Position numbers and translations under genes: made by a program. The notes below the pieces were generated by a model. It saw nothing but the letters and a program-made list of their open reading frames with translations. It did not search any database and was not told where the DNA came from. A DNA stretch of 62,569 nt, counting the filler. It is 10 parts of 10 records of this genome, joined end to end, with 100 filler letters (N's around TTAATTAATTAA, not from the genome) between each part and the next. Parts side by side here need not be neighbours in the genome. Positions count along the whole stretch, not along the records: positions 11,839 to 18,649 come from SRR31147125_296658; positions 18,750 to 24,701 come from SRR31147125_297377; positions 24,802 to 31,802 come from SRR31147125_297648; 7 more parts are not named here. One strand, 5' to 3'. Each line of letters opens with the position of its first letter. Positions within the stretch are counted from its first letter, which is position 1. Positions 11,839 to 24,826 of the stretch are shown here, piece after piece.

Positions 11839-14800
11839 CCCCGACGCTGAGGGTCTGCTCCACGTGTATGTTCTACTCACACCTACAAAGCGGACGGAAC
11901 ACGAGGCACAAACGATTGCCCGTGTGTGGAGTCGGGAAGGTGTGGAGGTGGTGTCGGTTTCCTCTGTGAAACTTGTGGCACACATACGGGGAGACGACGT
12001 GGCCTCGGCGGTCACCTGGTTGGCAGAACGCCCCGAAGTTCGTTGGATCGAACCCCAAATGCCAATGTCCCTTCAGAACGACGTGGCCGCCCCTCTTGTC
12101 CAAAGTGGCACGGGAACCCTGAATTCCATGCATCTGCGTGGTTTGGATGGATCCAATCAAGTTGTGGGGTGTGGGGATACAGGAGTTGACTGGGATTCAT
12201 GTTTCTTCAATGACTTGTCGGAGCCTATTCCCTTCAATTCTCATACACAAGTCAAACAGATCAGTCATCGGAAGTTCACAACATACATAACAGCGTTTGG
12301 AGATCGTGGCGATGTTGCAGCGGGACATGGTACTCATGTTGTGGGGACGATTGCTGGGGACGCCATAGATGAGAACGAGGGACTGAGTAGGGCTGCATCG
12401 CGGTACAATGGAATTGCACCAAAAGCCAAGGTCGCATTCTTCGATATCTCTACGGGAGAGGGATTGAATGTCCCTGATGACTTGCGTGCTACCTACTTTC
12501 CACCCACCTTTGAGGCTGGTGCACGGGTGCATTCCAACTCGTGGGGCTGCTACTCACCCGAGGACCCCTCGTTTTGTAATGTCTATTCGACATACTCAAT
12601 GGAAGTCGATGCGTTCATGTACGACCACCCGGACTTCTTGGCCCTGTTCGCCGCGGGGAATGATGGGGAAGCGGGAATGGGGACAGTGATTTCTCCGTCT
12701 ACAGGGAAGAACGGACTCTCAGTGGGAGCCAGTCAAACCACAAACGTCCACTTTGCAGACATCTACGACAGGATGCTGGATTTCGAACACATTGCCCACC
12801 GTCTTCAGGATCGCTTCTGCACAGACCCTGACGTGTACAACAGCGAACACATTTGCGGAGAATTCGGGCTTGTACCCCCGTGTCCGAGTCTCCGAGACCG
12901 TCTCTGTCGTGAATTCAACACATCGGATGCCTGTTGCAAGTACTCCTTTTCCGAGTTTTCCTGTTGTGCCTCATCCCTTCAGGAGGATGTGCGGGATCAT
13001 GCTCTTTGGTACAACGAACACAACTTGGCCTACTTTTCCGCACGGGGACCCGTTCGAAGCGATTTGCGTCGAAAACCCGATTTGGTTGCTCCTGGAGCGT
13101 TCCTTGTCTCTGCACGCTCGGATGGAGATGTATCCACCAATCAATGTGGGGCTAGATTTCAAGGAGACACGGCCACCCTCACCGTCAAGCAGGGGACATC
13201 CATGGCAACACCGGCCATGGCGGGTGCTGCTGTTTTGGTTCGGCAGTACTACGTGGATGGAATGGGAATTCATCCCAAAATGCTTCCTTCAGCGGCCCTT
13301 GTCAAGGCAACACTAATTAACAGTGGAATACCTCTTACGGGCCTTGTGGATGCGACTGGAGGGCGGCACAAGTGGGATATCTTGGAGACACCACCCTCCT
13401 ATCACGAAGGATTCGGAAGGGTGCAGCTGGACAACGTTTTGGCTTTTGAAGATTCGGATTTCACGATGAATATCCTCGATCGCAGACCCATTTCTGCGGG
13501 AGAGATTCACCGCCTCTGTTTTTCCGTGCCGCATGCTGCACGACACGTGAAGATTACAGTCGCATGGACGGATCCGCCGGCGGATCCTGTGTCCAGTGTT
13601 TCCCTTGTCAATGATATCGATATTGTTGTCGTCGAAGAGAGTGGCCGCGAGATTCGAAGCAATGGACAGGAGTTCTGGGACACGGAAAACAACGTTGAAC
13701 AAGTTCACATGGACCATCCCCAGGAGGGTGTGTTTAACTTGATCATTTCGGGGAGCAATATTCCTCTGGGCCCGCAAGAGTATGCCGTGGTCATGACGGG
13801 AGACTTCAATCTGGATGTAGAATGCCACAGCACCTGCCCGCTCTATTGCAGCAAGCGTGGTGATTGTGTCGATGGTGTGTGTCACTGCTTTGATCGCTTC
13901 CTGGGACCAGACTGCGGATTTTCCATGTGTCCAAACGACTGTAGCGGACATGGAACGTGCAACATGGTTGAGGGAGTATGCGATTGCTACTACCCCTACT
14001 TCGGAGACGATTGCTCGGATAGCTGGAAGCAGGAAGTCAACACGGCCGTTCCCCAACAACCAGCAGTACCCGTGCCGCCCTCTTCAACCTCCTCGCACCA
14101 ACGCACGATCTTTCTCCGTTCGGGTTCCATCAATACACTCACAACACCCGACATGCGCGAGAATCCCATGCGAGCCAATTCGATTCCGGAGCGCGGTTTC
14201 TTCCTTGTCCACATGAGGGGCCCTGTCACGTCATCATCTCGGGCAAGAATTGAGACGGCGGTGGGCATGAACGTGCATCACTACCTTCCTCACAATACGT
14301 TTGTCTTCTATACGACGGGTGAGGACATCAAGAAAACGTTCTACCACCCCGATGTATTGTGGGTGGACATTCTACCGCCTTCCAGCAAGTTGGCACCCGA
14401 ACTGGAGCATTTGGAGGTGTTAGCCCTGTCTCCCGCCGATCTCATGGGCCACAACAATCGTGATACACTGGTATCGTTGCTCGGCGGACGACCGCAACAC
14501 ACATCCTCTCCTCGTCCTTTTACTCTCTACGCCCTCCTCTCGGGTCATGCAGACATCCTAGCGTCTCAGTGGTCCAAGGGGCATCCTTCGGACGATGTCG
14601 TTCTACGTGCTGCCTCGTCTTCAAAGCTCGTGGCCCTTGTGGACGGAGATGCCGTCCGGGCACGAAACGTTGCGGTATGGTTGTCGGAACAGCCCGAAAC
14701 GTACTGGGTTGAGGTACGATCCAACATTCAGACGATGAATCGTGCTGCAAGCTGGATCATTCAAAGTGATACTCCCGAGTTCAGACCGCTATGGGACCGA

Positions 14801-17800
14801 GGGATCCAGGGCGACGGGGAAGTTGTTGGCTGTGGAGACACGGGTGTCGATACGGATGCCTGTTTCTTCCACGATGTCAATCGTGCCATACCCTACAACA
14901 TTATCGACGACGTGCACAGGAAATTCACAACCTACTACACTGCGTACGGCAACTACGGCGACTTCTATGATGGACACGGCACCCATGTGGTCGGTTCTGT
15001 GGCGGGAAGGGTTATGGATGGAGCACATCCCGAAACATCGGCATTCGATGGAATGGCTCCCCGGGCCAAAATTGCCTTCTTTGATATTAGTGGCGATGAG
15101 GGCGGACTCAATGTTCCGGATGATTTGAACGAAGGCTACTTTCCCGTCAGCTATGCCGCCCATGCACGTATTCACACCAATTCATGGGGGTGTTCCTCCA
15201 TCTTTCCCTCTCTTTGCAATGTTTACAGCACAAGTGCCATGGAAGTTGATCAGTTCACTTATGAACATGACGATGCCCTTATTTTGTTTGCTGCGGGGAA
15301 TGCGGGCGAGGCTGGATGGGCAACTGTCGCCTCACCCAGTACAGCCAAGAATACAGTGTCCGTGGGTGCCAGTCAAACATCGTTCAAACATTTCGGGGAG
15401 GCGGAACACAGCAAGGATTATGCGGCACTGGTAGACGAAGTACGTGAGATTCTGTGTGACGAGGGTCAGCTGTACCTCTCGGATTCTTTTTGCGAATCGT
15501 GGAATCGTACGGCCCCCTGTGCAGACTTGCAAGCCGTATTGTGTTCCAATTTCACAACTGTGGAAATGTGTTGTGCAAGTACCCTGACCAGGACCATTTG
15601 TTGTCCGGAGTGGCTTGAGGCCGAGGTGAACAATCATCCATTGTTCTATAACAGAGCAAACATGGCCTTCTTCTCTTCACGTGGACCAACGTACGATACG
15701 CGTATCAAGCCTGATGTTGTGGCACCGGGCTCTCTGGTTGTGTCGGCCAAGAGTGATGGCCGAAATGACACCTTCCAGTGTGGGATTGATCCCACTGCTG
15801 AAGATGCAGCCATTCTTACCATGGAGGGGACATCCATGGCCACTCCCGTGACTGCAGGTGCAGCCGCCTTGGTACGACAGTACTTCCGCACAGGATTCTA
15901 TCCAGGTGGAGTCCCGAATGAGAATGATGCATTGGAACCATCCGGTTCTTTGGTGAAGGCTGTTCTCATTAACAGTGCAACTTCTCTTGAGGGCGTGCTC
16001 GATTTGAACGGCGAGGCCCATCTGTGGCATGTTCTGTCAGGTACAACACCAAACTTCCTCGAGGGCTTTGGCCGTATCCAACTCTCCAATACGCTCCGCT
16101 TTTCCGATTCGTCGTTCTCCTTGCACGTTCGGGATCGTGTTGCATTGGAAACAGGGGATCAAGACAGAGTGTGCGTACGGATTACGGATCGGGAACCACC
16201 GTTAAAAGTTACTCTGGTGTGGACGGATCCTCCAGCCTCTCCATCTGCTGAAATCAGCCTGATCAACAATTTGGACGTACTTGTTGTAGACAGCCAAGGA
16301 TGGGAGTATCGCAGTAACTTTGGAATGGAGTTTGACGATGTGAACAACGTTGAACAAGTCATCCTGACCGATCCACCCCTGGGGGAGACCTTTGCTATCC
16401 ATGTTGGAGGAATCAGTGTTCCCCTGGGTCCCCAAGCCTATTCTCTCGTTATAACAGGTTCCTTTGAACTCACAGACGCGTGTCCCGTTGCATGTCCCTT
16501 CTATTGCACCGCCAGAGGACAGTGTGCTGAGGGGATCTGTGTGTGTTCTGAGGACTCTTCGGGTCTGGATTGTTCCTTGAGTAGGTGCCCCAACGATTGC
16601 TCCGGTCACGGCTTCTGCGACGTGATCTCAGGATCTTGTTCGTGTGATGACGGCTGGACTGGTGTAGACTGTTCAACCTATATCCCCGTGTGTGGCGACG
16701 GATTGTGTGGAAGTACAGAGAATTGCACGTCCTGTTGGCCAGATTGTGGAATCTGTGCCCTGTCTTGTGCCGAGGACGTGATATTGGAACCCCAGGACCC
16801 CTTGTTCACCCTTCAGTGGCACCTTCACAACGTTGGACAGACAGGTGGTAGTGTTGGAAGTGATGTTCACATTCTACCGGTCTGGGAGCACGGTTTTACG
16901 GGCGACAGTGTTCAGATCTGTGTTGTGGACGAAGGAGTGCAACGGATTCACCCGGACTTGATTTGCAATTATAGTCCTCTTGGCAGCTACGATTTCAACG
17001 ACGACGATTCGGATCCGTCACCCTTACCAGGAGCTGGACACGGAACATCTGTAGCAGGCGTAGCAGCTGCCCGGGATAACACCTTTTGTGGTGTGGGAGC
17101 TGCATTCCGTGCGAACATCTCTGCTATACGTCTGATCGGAGGACCGTCAACGGACGCCATGGAGGCCAGCGCCCTGTCATACACCATGCAAGTCAATGAC
17201 ATTTACTCCAACAGCTGGGGTCCGGCGGATTCAGGATCATCTCTTGTGGGTCCAGGCGAGTTGACACGAGAGGCTATCCAGCAGAGTGTAGAAGAGGGTC
17301 GAGGTGGACGGGGTGCCATCTTCATGTGGGCTGCGGGAAATGGTCTCGAGAATAGTGACAATATCAATTATGATGGCTACGCCAACTCTCGTTTCACGAT
17401 TGCAATAGGTGCCACGGACCACAACGGAAAGCAGTCGTGGTACAGCGAGCCCGGGGCCCCCATGCTCGTGAACGCACCGAGTAGTGGTGACAGTACTGGA
17501 ATCACCACAACGGATCTCGGCGGTGAGGATGGCTACAGCGATGGGGACTGTACATCGGATTTCGGGGGTACATCGTCCGCCACTCCGTTGGCTGCCGGTA
17601 TTGTAGCCCTCATGCTTCAGGCAAATCCCGCCCTTGGCTGGCGTGATGTTCAACACATTCTTGCCATGACAGCGGAAAGGAATGATGGCGTAGATGAGGA
17701 TTGGGAGGTGAACGAGGCGGGATTCCACGTGAATCACAAATACGGCTTTGGTCGAGTCAATGCAACAGGTGCCGTGTCCCTGGCCCAAGTGTGGGTGGCT

Positions 17801-18649
17801 TCGTGTGAAGTTCAGAACGCTAGCTCTGCACTTCTCCTTGTCTCGAACGGGACCATCCCCGACTACGATGAAACGGGTGCATCGTTTTTCTACAGCATGA
17901 AGGAGAACATTCGTATCGAGCACACCGAAATTCGGTTGACAATTCGTCACACGTGCGTGTGTGTTGTGTGTACGTGATGGCCTTATCTCAATCTACGTTC
18001 ACAGGTTCCGTGGAGATCTCTTGCTTGCATTGGTGTCACCTGCCGGAACATACAGCATGCTGGCAACACCCCGTTTTGATAGCGGAGACGATTATGATGA
18101 CTGGACCTTTACGTCCGTGCGACATTGGGGAGAATTTTCTCTCGGAGTGTGGCAGTTGATTGCGCTGGATGCCGCTGCGGGAGACATCGGAGAGCTTGTG
18201 TCCTGGGAACTTACGGTGTACGGTACCTCGCCCTCGTGTACGTTTGGACTTGATGTTCTGAACTCAACGTGTGGAGATGGACTTTGTGTTGCAACAGAAG
18301 ACTGTGTGATCTGCCCCCAGGATTGCGGTTCTTGTCCTGGTCTATGTGGAGATGGCGTTTGTACTTCTGCCGAGACGTGTGAGTCGTGCCCCAATGACTG
18401 CGGACTCTGTTTCTACGAGTGCAATACCGGTCCACTCTCTCTCTACAACATTAGTGATGTGTTGTTTGGGGATCAGTGGCACTTGCAGAATACGGGTCAG
18501 ACAGGCGGAGCGCCAGGAGCAGACATTCACGTTGTTCCTGTTTGGTCGCGAGGGATCTATGGAACGGGTTCCCAAGTTACTGTTGTGGATGACGGCGTTC
18601 AGTACGTGGGGCGTGCATGTGTTTGTTTGTTTGTGTTTGTGTGTGTGTG
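11839..18649 (+). CDS. Giant secreted/surface multi-subtilase: [KP-43/TagC-like S8 + beta domain + EGF]x2 - Cys repeat - kexin-like S8 + P domain - Cys repeats - second kexin-like S8; truncated at both ends
   Basis: 2037-aa ORF plus a second exon after the intron at 17953-18004 (restores the P-domain motif HTFRGDL). Catalytic D/H/S motifs: GDTG 12176, HGTH 12326, GTSMA 13199; GDTG 14837, HGTH 14975, GTSMA 15833; VDEG 16928, HGTS 17039, GTSSA 17573. A fourth module begins DQWHLQNTGQ..VVDDG at ~18470-18600. Confidence 0.9.
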
Positions 18650-18774
18650 NNNNNNNNNNNNNNNNNNNNNNNNNNNNNNNNNNNNNNNNNNNNTTAATTA
18701 ATTAANNNNNNNNNNNNNNNNNNNNNNNNNNNNNNNNNNNNNNNNNNNNCACACACACACACACACACACACAC

Positions 18775-19060
18775 CCGCGGGGCTCTCGTCTCCTGCAGTC
18801 TCCAAGTCCCACACAAGAACACGATCCGAAAACGCGGCGACGAGACGCGCGTCGTCCACACCCCCCAATGCCAGTGCTGTCACGGGTCGTTGCCCTCCTT
18901 TCAAGAGGAGAGCCTGGGAGGGATCACGGTCGGCAACGTCCCATACGGCGAGAGTGTTCCCCACGGAAGGGACCACAAGGAACCGCCCGTTAAAGGCGAG
19001 ACAGGATGGGCCAGGACGAGCTTCCTCAAAGAAGCGCTGTACATGACCCCGCCACACCAT
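18775..19060 (-). CDS. First exon of a WD40 protein, WDR27-like (3' truncated)
   Basis: LAVWDVADRDPSQALLLKGGQRPVTALALG..LVAAFSDRVLVWDLE resembles the WDR27 N-terminus. The exon ends in a GT-repeat intron at the contig edge. Confidence 0.55.
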
Positions 19061-19107
19061 CCCGTGGGGGTGGCGGGAATTCAATCCTTTGCTCCGTCTG
19101 GGGTTGA

Positions 19108-20698
19108 CTACAAACTCGCATGCGCAAGCTCATCCTTCCTGCGTTTTTTTCGTTCCAACAAGGCATTCAACTCTTCAATCTTGCGATCACACTTGGCATC
19201 CTCCAATTGATAGACCCTTCGTAGGACAGGATAAGGAAAGAAGTTTCGTTCTCTCACAGTACCTCTCTCGAATGATCTTGAATGCTTCTGCCGTGGAATA
19301 CGGGGTGCCCGTACGGGGATCAAGGTACCTGTCGGCAAAATCACTTCAAATCCAACACGACGCAACATTGCGGTACCGTGCGGGTTGGCCTGTTACAGCA
19401 CACGTATGCTGGGGTGGATCTGAAACTCCTCTCAATACAGGAGACAGACACAGAGACAGAGACGCACAGGGAGCCGCGATCTGTCGCCTCACTACAAACG
19501 CTGGCATGTCTTTGGGACTTCCTGTGAACGTCACAGTCGTTCCCTCTTCTGTCGATGCAAACTTTGCCAATGGACCCGTCGCGCCACAACACACAGTTAG
19601 GGAGACACAACACCTCCCTCACCACGATCCCAGCTGTGTGGATACGTGACCTTTGTGCTCCGAAGGGCCTTCTTATCTTCCTCAAGTTGAAGCAAGTACT
19701 CAAGAGAGGCCTGATTCCACCTTGAACCAACCCACTGAGCACGCTCCAAGGTATCCAAACCCTAAACGCACAATTCTGTCTGAGCGGCTTCGGTAAGCAT
19801 CTCCTCCTGAGTGAGTTTTTTCACCCCAAGTGATGACCCCTTGGCTGCACGATACTTGGCCTATGGATGGATGGGATAGATGGGTTGGATGGACGGGATA
19901 AATCCCTCCGCTGCGGCCTCACCTGTCGGACCTCCCTCTCTTTCTCTCGTTGCAGTTGTAAGTGTGCCACTTCCACTGTTTGTTGTCGAGTGGAGGATCG
20001 CATGGTGCGTGATCCTCGAGGACCGTCGTCCTCCACGACCCGTTCCAAGTGCTCCTTCGTCGTAGCGGTCTGTTCTTCTCTACGCCTTTTGCGTCGCTCG
20101 GCAGCCTCTCGCATTTTCTCTTTGCGCCTGGCCGTGGATCGGGGAGGAGTCGACTGTCTGTCTCCACACCCATCATCACATAGAGAACCCACGTGACACT
20201 CCTTCGCTCGGCAGATTTGGCACCCCCATGTGCCTTGGGGTCCACATACACGGACTTTTTCTTCTTTTTCTGGGGTGTCAGAGTGTGTCAGGGAGTGTCA
20301 TGGCGCGTCGTGGAGGGTTCGAGTCCCCCACCTCCTCCAGACTGGCTTCGTCCACCACTTCTTCAGCTTCATCTTCCGGTAAGTCAAAATCTGAGTCCAC
20401 AAAGTCCTCTTCCACTACAGAGGGGGCGACGGCATGGGCGGAGAACAACCCAAGCAGGCATCAGAGCCCCCTCACCTTCTGCTTCTTTGAATTCACCATC
20501 GTCCTCTTTTTCCGCAAAGAACTTCTGATGCCAGAATGCCTCGTCTGCATCCTTCTCCTCTCCTACCAGAGCTACCATCCTGTTCGTGTCGTGGTCGGTC
20601 GGTCACAACAACTGCATCCACCCAACCACCCAACCACACACACACACACACCGCCGTCCTCGTGTGGACCGTGCAGGGAGGCGCCCTCCCTCCTCCAT
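19108..20698 (-). CDS. VPS72: SWR1 complex subunit VPS72/YL1/Swc2 (multi-exon)
   Basis: N-terminus RLPARSTRGRR, then DEAFWHQKFFAE, DSDFD..EDE, KSVYVDP and LTQEEML.EAA.TE. The YL1_C motif reads CAVTGQPARYR/DPRTGTPYSTAEAFKIIRE. Confidence 0.85.
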
Positions 20699-20797
20699 GG
20701 CACACACACACAGGGGAATGAAGGAGGAACAACAAGGGATCTCATTCTCGAGGCCCAGCCCTCCTCCTCCTCCACGGAAGAGGGGTTATGTGCCATC

Positions 20798-23277
20798 TCA
20801 AATCTTCCCAGACGAAGGAGGAGGTGTTATACTTGGTGGATCTTCCGTCTTCCGACCGCCTCGGGTAGTACTGGGATCGTCGCCTTGATTCTGGTGCACC
20901 CAGGTGCGGAGGTGATCCACCCAATCATTGCATGCGTCAGCACTATCGGCCAGGAGGATGAAGTCGCGGTGATGAGTAACCACCTGTAGGAACAACCGAT
21001 GTGAGCAAGGACAAACGAGGACCAACACACCTGGAAACAGCGGTTGCCATAACGCGAGCGGTATTTGGTCCCTTGCTCCACCCCAAGGACGTCAATGGCA
21101 CGGATAGATCCAAGGACTTTCTCCGAATCCGCGTTGGTGTAGTAGCGGATACAGCCAACACGGGCAACAAACCATCGCTTCTTCCATCCCCATCCGGACG
21201 GGTTCCGTTTCGTCAAAAAACCTTCAAGCATGACACGACCACTCGGAGTTTGTGTTACAAGGCACGTACACGCCTCACCACCCGGGGGAATCATCCATGA
21301 TCGACTGAAAGAAGCGGGAGAAGATGAAAAGACAGGAGGAGTATCAGGCCGAAGATCGATAGTATTCATATCCACGTCAGAAGCGCGCCGTCTTGGTGGA
21401 GAAGTGGGCGGAAAGGGCGGTGATCCATGGCCTGCTAGCATCTCGCGACGAAGGGCCGTGAGGGCCGGAGCACCAGAAGGTAGGGGTTGCAAAGGAGGGG
21501 AGCCACTATCTTCGGCATGAGTGGGAGGGGCCGGGGAAGTCTCGGAGGAGGAGGTCACAGAGTGTGGAATTCGTACGGATAATGGTTGAAGACTCTCTCG
21601 AATGGGGAGGGCATCGCGTCCCCCTAACCAATCACGAGCCGACAAGGCAGGCTCGCCCGATTGACAAGGTGGATACACTTCCTCCCGAAAGATTCCCGAT
21701 TCCAGAGAAGGCAGGCAAAAAGAAAGACCCTCAATGCAGTGGCGCTTGGGGGCCCATCGCAGCACTCGTACAACTTCGCCTATTCCACAATCAATGCAAC
21801 GACGAGGAAGTAGTGTCGTGGAAGACGCAGGCTCAGCGCGGTAGGGAAAGTGGGCACTGACAAAGGGAGCAAAGTCGAGAAGTTGAAAAACCTGGGCGCT
21901 ATGAGCAGCACACGGGAGATATACACACCCACACACGCCTCCCTACCTGCACATGGCCTTCACCTTTACCCGAAACAACGAGCACCCCACCATCCGAGTC
22001 GTAGTGTAATTGGACATGACGTCCCGGTACATCCACAGGGATCGATGCGATGAGGTGCGGGATAACGCAAATCCCACACGCGCTGGACGACACGTGAGAA
22101 TGGCCGGCAGACCTTCTCTGGACATACCATTTCCATGGGTCCGTGGCCTGTCTTTGCTTCGCCAAGCGTTGCCAGGCGAACGCTTGCACCACCAACATCG
22201 CACACACCATTCGGACCCCATGATCGATCAGCCCACTCCACTTCAAACCGCTTTGACAGTGCATAGGGATGTGGAACATGAAGAGGAGGCACTGCAGAGC
22301 GGGAGAGCCCGCCACGAGGATCCAGTACCCTATCCACCCACAATGAGAATTGCATGCGAAGAAGATACAGATTCAAGCCACACAAACCTCAACAGCCCGT
22401 CCCCACATGCTGCAGCCAGGAGAGATCCATCACGGTTCCATTGAAGGGAACGGATCGAAGGAGTACCGGGCGTAAGAACCGAGACCGCCTGGCGTCGTCG
22501 TCGCGGAACAGCGGGGTAGACACGCTCCCCTTCCATGGAAGACGTTGTGACAGGCCTTGCACCTTCGGATACGTCGCACAATGTGAGAGATTCAGGCCGT
22601 GCGACAGCCATGATATGAGCAGCCACCTGTCTCCTCGATCAGCTCTGGAGGAAGAAACAACACACAATAATCTCGTCGCCCACCGGATTGAAACGAAGAG
22701 ACTGGACAGAACCTTGGATCCAACGCTTCTGCCCTGCTTCTACATCATCCCAGATCCCGCCATGGGCGCCAACGGTCGAGTCCGAGAGATCCCTGGCCAG
22801 AAGCCACAATCCAACGTTTCCCGCTTCACTTCCTGCAGCCAAGAGCGTAGGATGGATGGGAGATAGATGAAGACACGTCACCGCGGCCGCTGGGAAGAGA
22901 TGGAGAAGAGGAGGCCGCGGGGGCACCCTGCGACTGCCGTCGAGCGAGAGAACCAAGGCTGATCCTACCAGCGCTGTCTGGGAGAACGAGAAGGACCGGG
23001 ATGAAGAAGATGAGGTGGGAGAAGGGAGGGAAGACGCCGAGGAGGCAGGCGATGCCGTCGAGATGGTGAGAAGGGCCCCATTCGTTTCAAACGCCACAGG
23101 GCTGGTCGTGCTCCGAAGCGAGACATTGGTGAAGAGTGGCGTTTCGTCTCGGATGCCGAACAGTCCTCGGCTGCCCAACGCATTGACGCGTGGGATGAAG
23201 GAAGAGTCCAACCCACCCGCCCCAACAACTCATGCCACGCACAGAGGAGAACCTTCAGGTGTTGGAGTCCCGTCCAT
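20798..23277 (-). CDS. Divergent coronin-like WD40 protein fused to a C-terminal PH domain (multi-exon; start approximate)
   Basis: Coronin motifs LHLSPIHPTLLAAGSEAGNVGLW, LQWNRDGSLLAAACGDGLLR, LHYDSDGGVLVVSGKGEG and LLPRRCIDCGIGEVVR..IEGLSFCLP..FREEVYPP..EPALSARDWLGG. A Pro/Ser linker leads to the PH domain LEGFLTKRNPSGWGWKKRWFV..FQ/VVTHHRDFILLADSADACNDWVDHLR. Confidence 0.75.
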
Positions 23278-23353
23278 AGCGGATCGGCCCGCCACGGGCC
23301 ACAAAGGATGGGGAACTGACGTTGTCTCTCATTATCCTCCCCTTGAGGCGCCC

Positions 23354-24626
23354 ATGGAGTCCCGCTTTGCGTTTGGTGGATCGGAGCAGAAGGCCAAGAA
23401 GAATTCCATGGTAGGTCAAATGGGTGGAAGAGAGACAGAGTGTTGGTGGAGATTGAGACATTGCACGTCAAAGGGTCAGGAGGAGGACAACACGCAGCCG
23501 GAAGAGACCCACGTATCGTTCACGGTGCAACGTGTCGCAGTGGAGGTATGTACCCTTTCCTGACGGACGGAATCTCACAGACCCACCCTCACACACGTAC
23601 CACGGGACAGGACGCAAGGATTGCCCCATCACAATGTGATCTACAAGCCAGCTGTCTCTCTCTTTCCGATGGATCAACGCTCCGACACCTTCGTGCGACG
23701 ACCCAAGCACTTGTGGACACGCTGGACCCTACATCGCCGTTGCGAGAACTTCAACAACACACGGATCTTCAACCAGGCGTGTATGAAGGTGTGTGGCAAG
23801 AGATCGGAACGGAGTGGCGCTGAACCCCTCCTGTAGGAGGCTTCAAACTGTGGGAAGGTGCACTGGATCTTGTGGAATACTTGGGAACCTCACACATGGA
23901 TGTCTCCAACGCTCGTGTAGCGGAGGTATGAATCGATCAGGGTCAGGGTATTAGGGTACAGTACCCACGCACACACCCACACACATAGATCGGGTGTGGT
24001 CATGGTCTTCCTGGGATCTATTGTCTTCGAGCGGGTGCATCCGTTCTCTTTCAAGACTATGTGCGTGTAGCGCTTGTGTGTATGTGTGTGTGTGGAGGGG
24101 GGATCGTACTGTCTGATTCGTTTGAAGAACGAGGAGGTGCTCCGTATCATTACCATTCCTACGGCTGTTCTCAACGTTGGCATGGAAGGAGTGACAGCAC
24201 GCGGGGAATTCATCGCTGGGGAGTGGGGTGCAGTGAGCAATGCCTTGTCACAGGTTTGATTCCAATCGTCATGTTGCGTGGTGTGACTGTCTCACGCAGG
24301 AGCGCACATTCGACGTTCTCCTTGCGTCCGAAGTACTTTACAATCCGCAAACCATGCACCTCATCCACCAATTTCTCATACGACACCTCGCACGGCCCGC
24401 AGGCATTGCATATCCCCTTATCTCTTTACCAATCCAGTGATCCTTGACGCCGCATACGCTTATTAGTTCCAAGACATACTACTTTGGCGTTGGGGGTGGT
24501 GTGTGTGCGTTTGAGGAGCTCGTGAAGGAACACGGACTCCTGCACGTAGAAACCGTCCGAACCTTTCAGGATGGGATGTCTAATGTTCGCCAGATCCTAC
24601 GAGTATCACGCAAGGAAGACCAATGA
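23354..24626 (+). CDS. METTL18: Histidine protein methyltransferase METTL18/HPM1 (multi-exon)
   Basis: DLQPGVYEG/GFKLWEGALDL, the SAM motif GCGHGLPGI, FQDY/NEEVL, FIAGEW, FDVLLASEVLYN and KTYYFGVGGG. Confidence 0.85.
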
Positions 24627-24826
24627 AATCATGACGACCACGCATTGCGATGGAATGGCACTCCCACACTCTCCGTTCCCTCACAACTCGTCCTTGACTT
24701 CNNNNNNNNNNNNNNNNNNNNNNNNNNNNNNNNNNNNNNNNNNNNTTAATTAATTAANNNNNNNNNNNNNNNNNNNNNNNNNNNNNNNNNNNNNNNNNNN
24801 NTCTCTCTCTCTCTCTCTCTCTCTCT

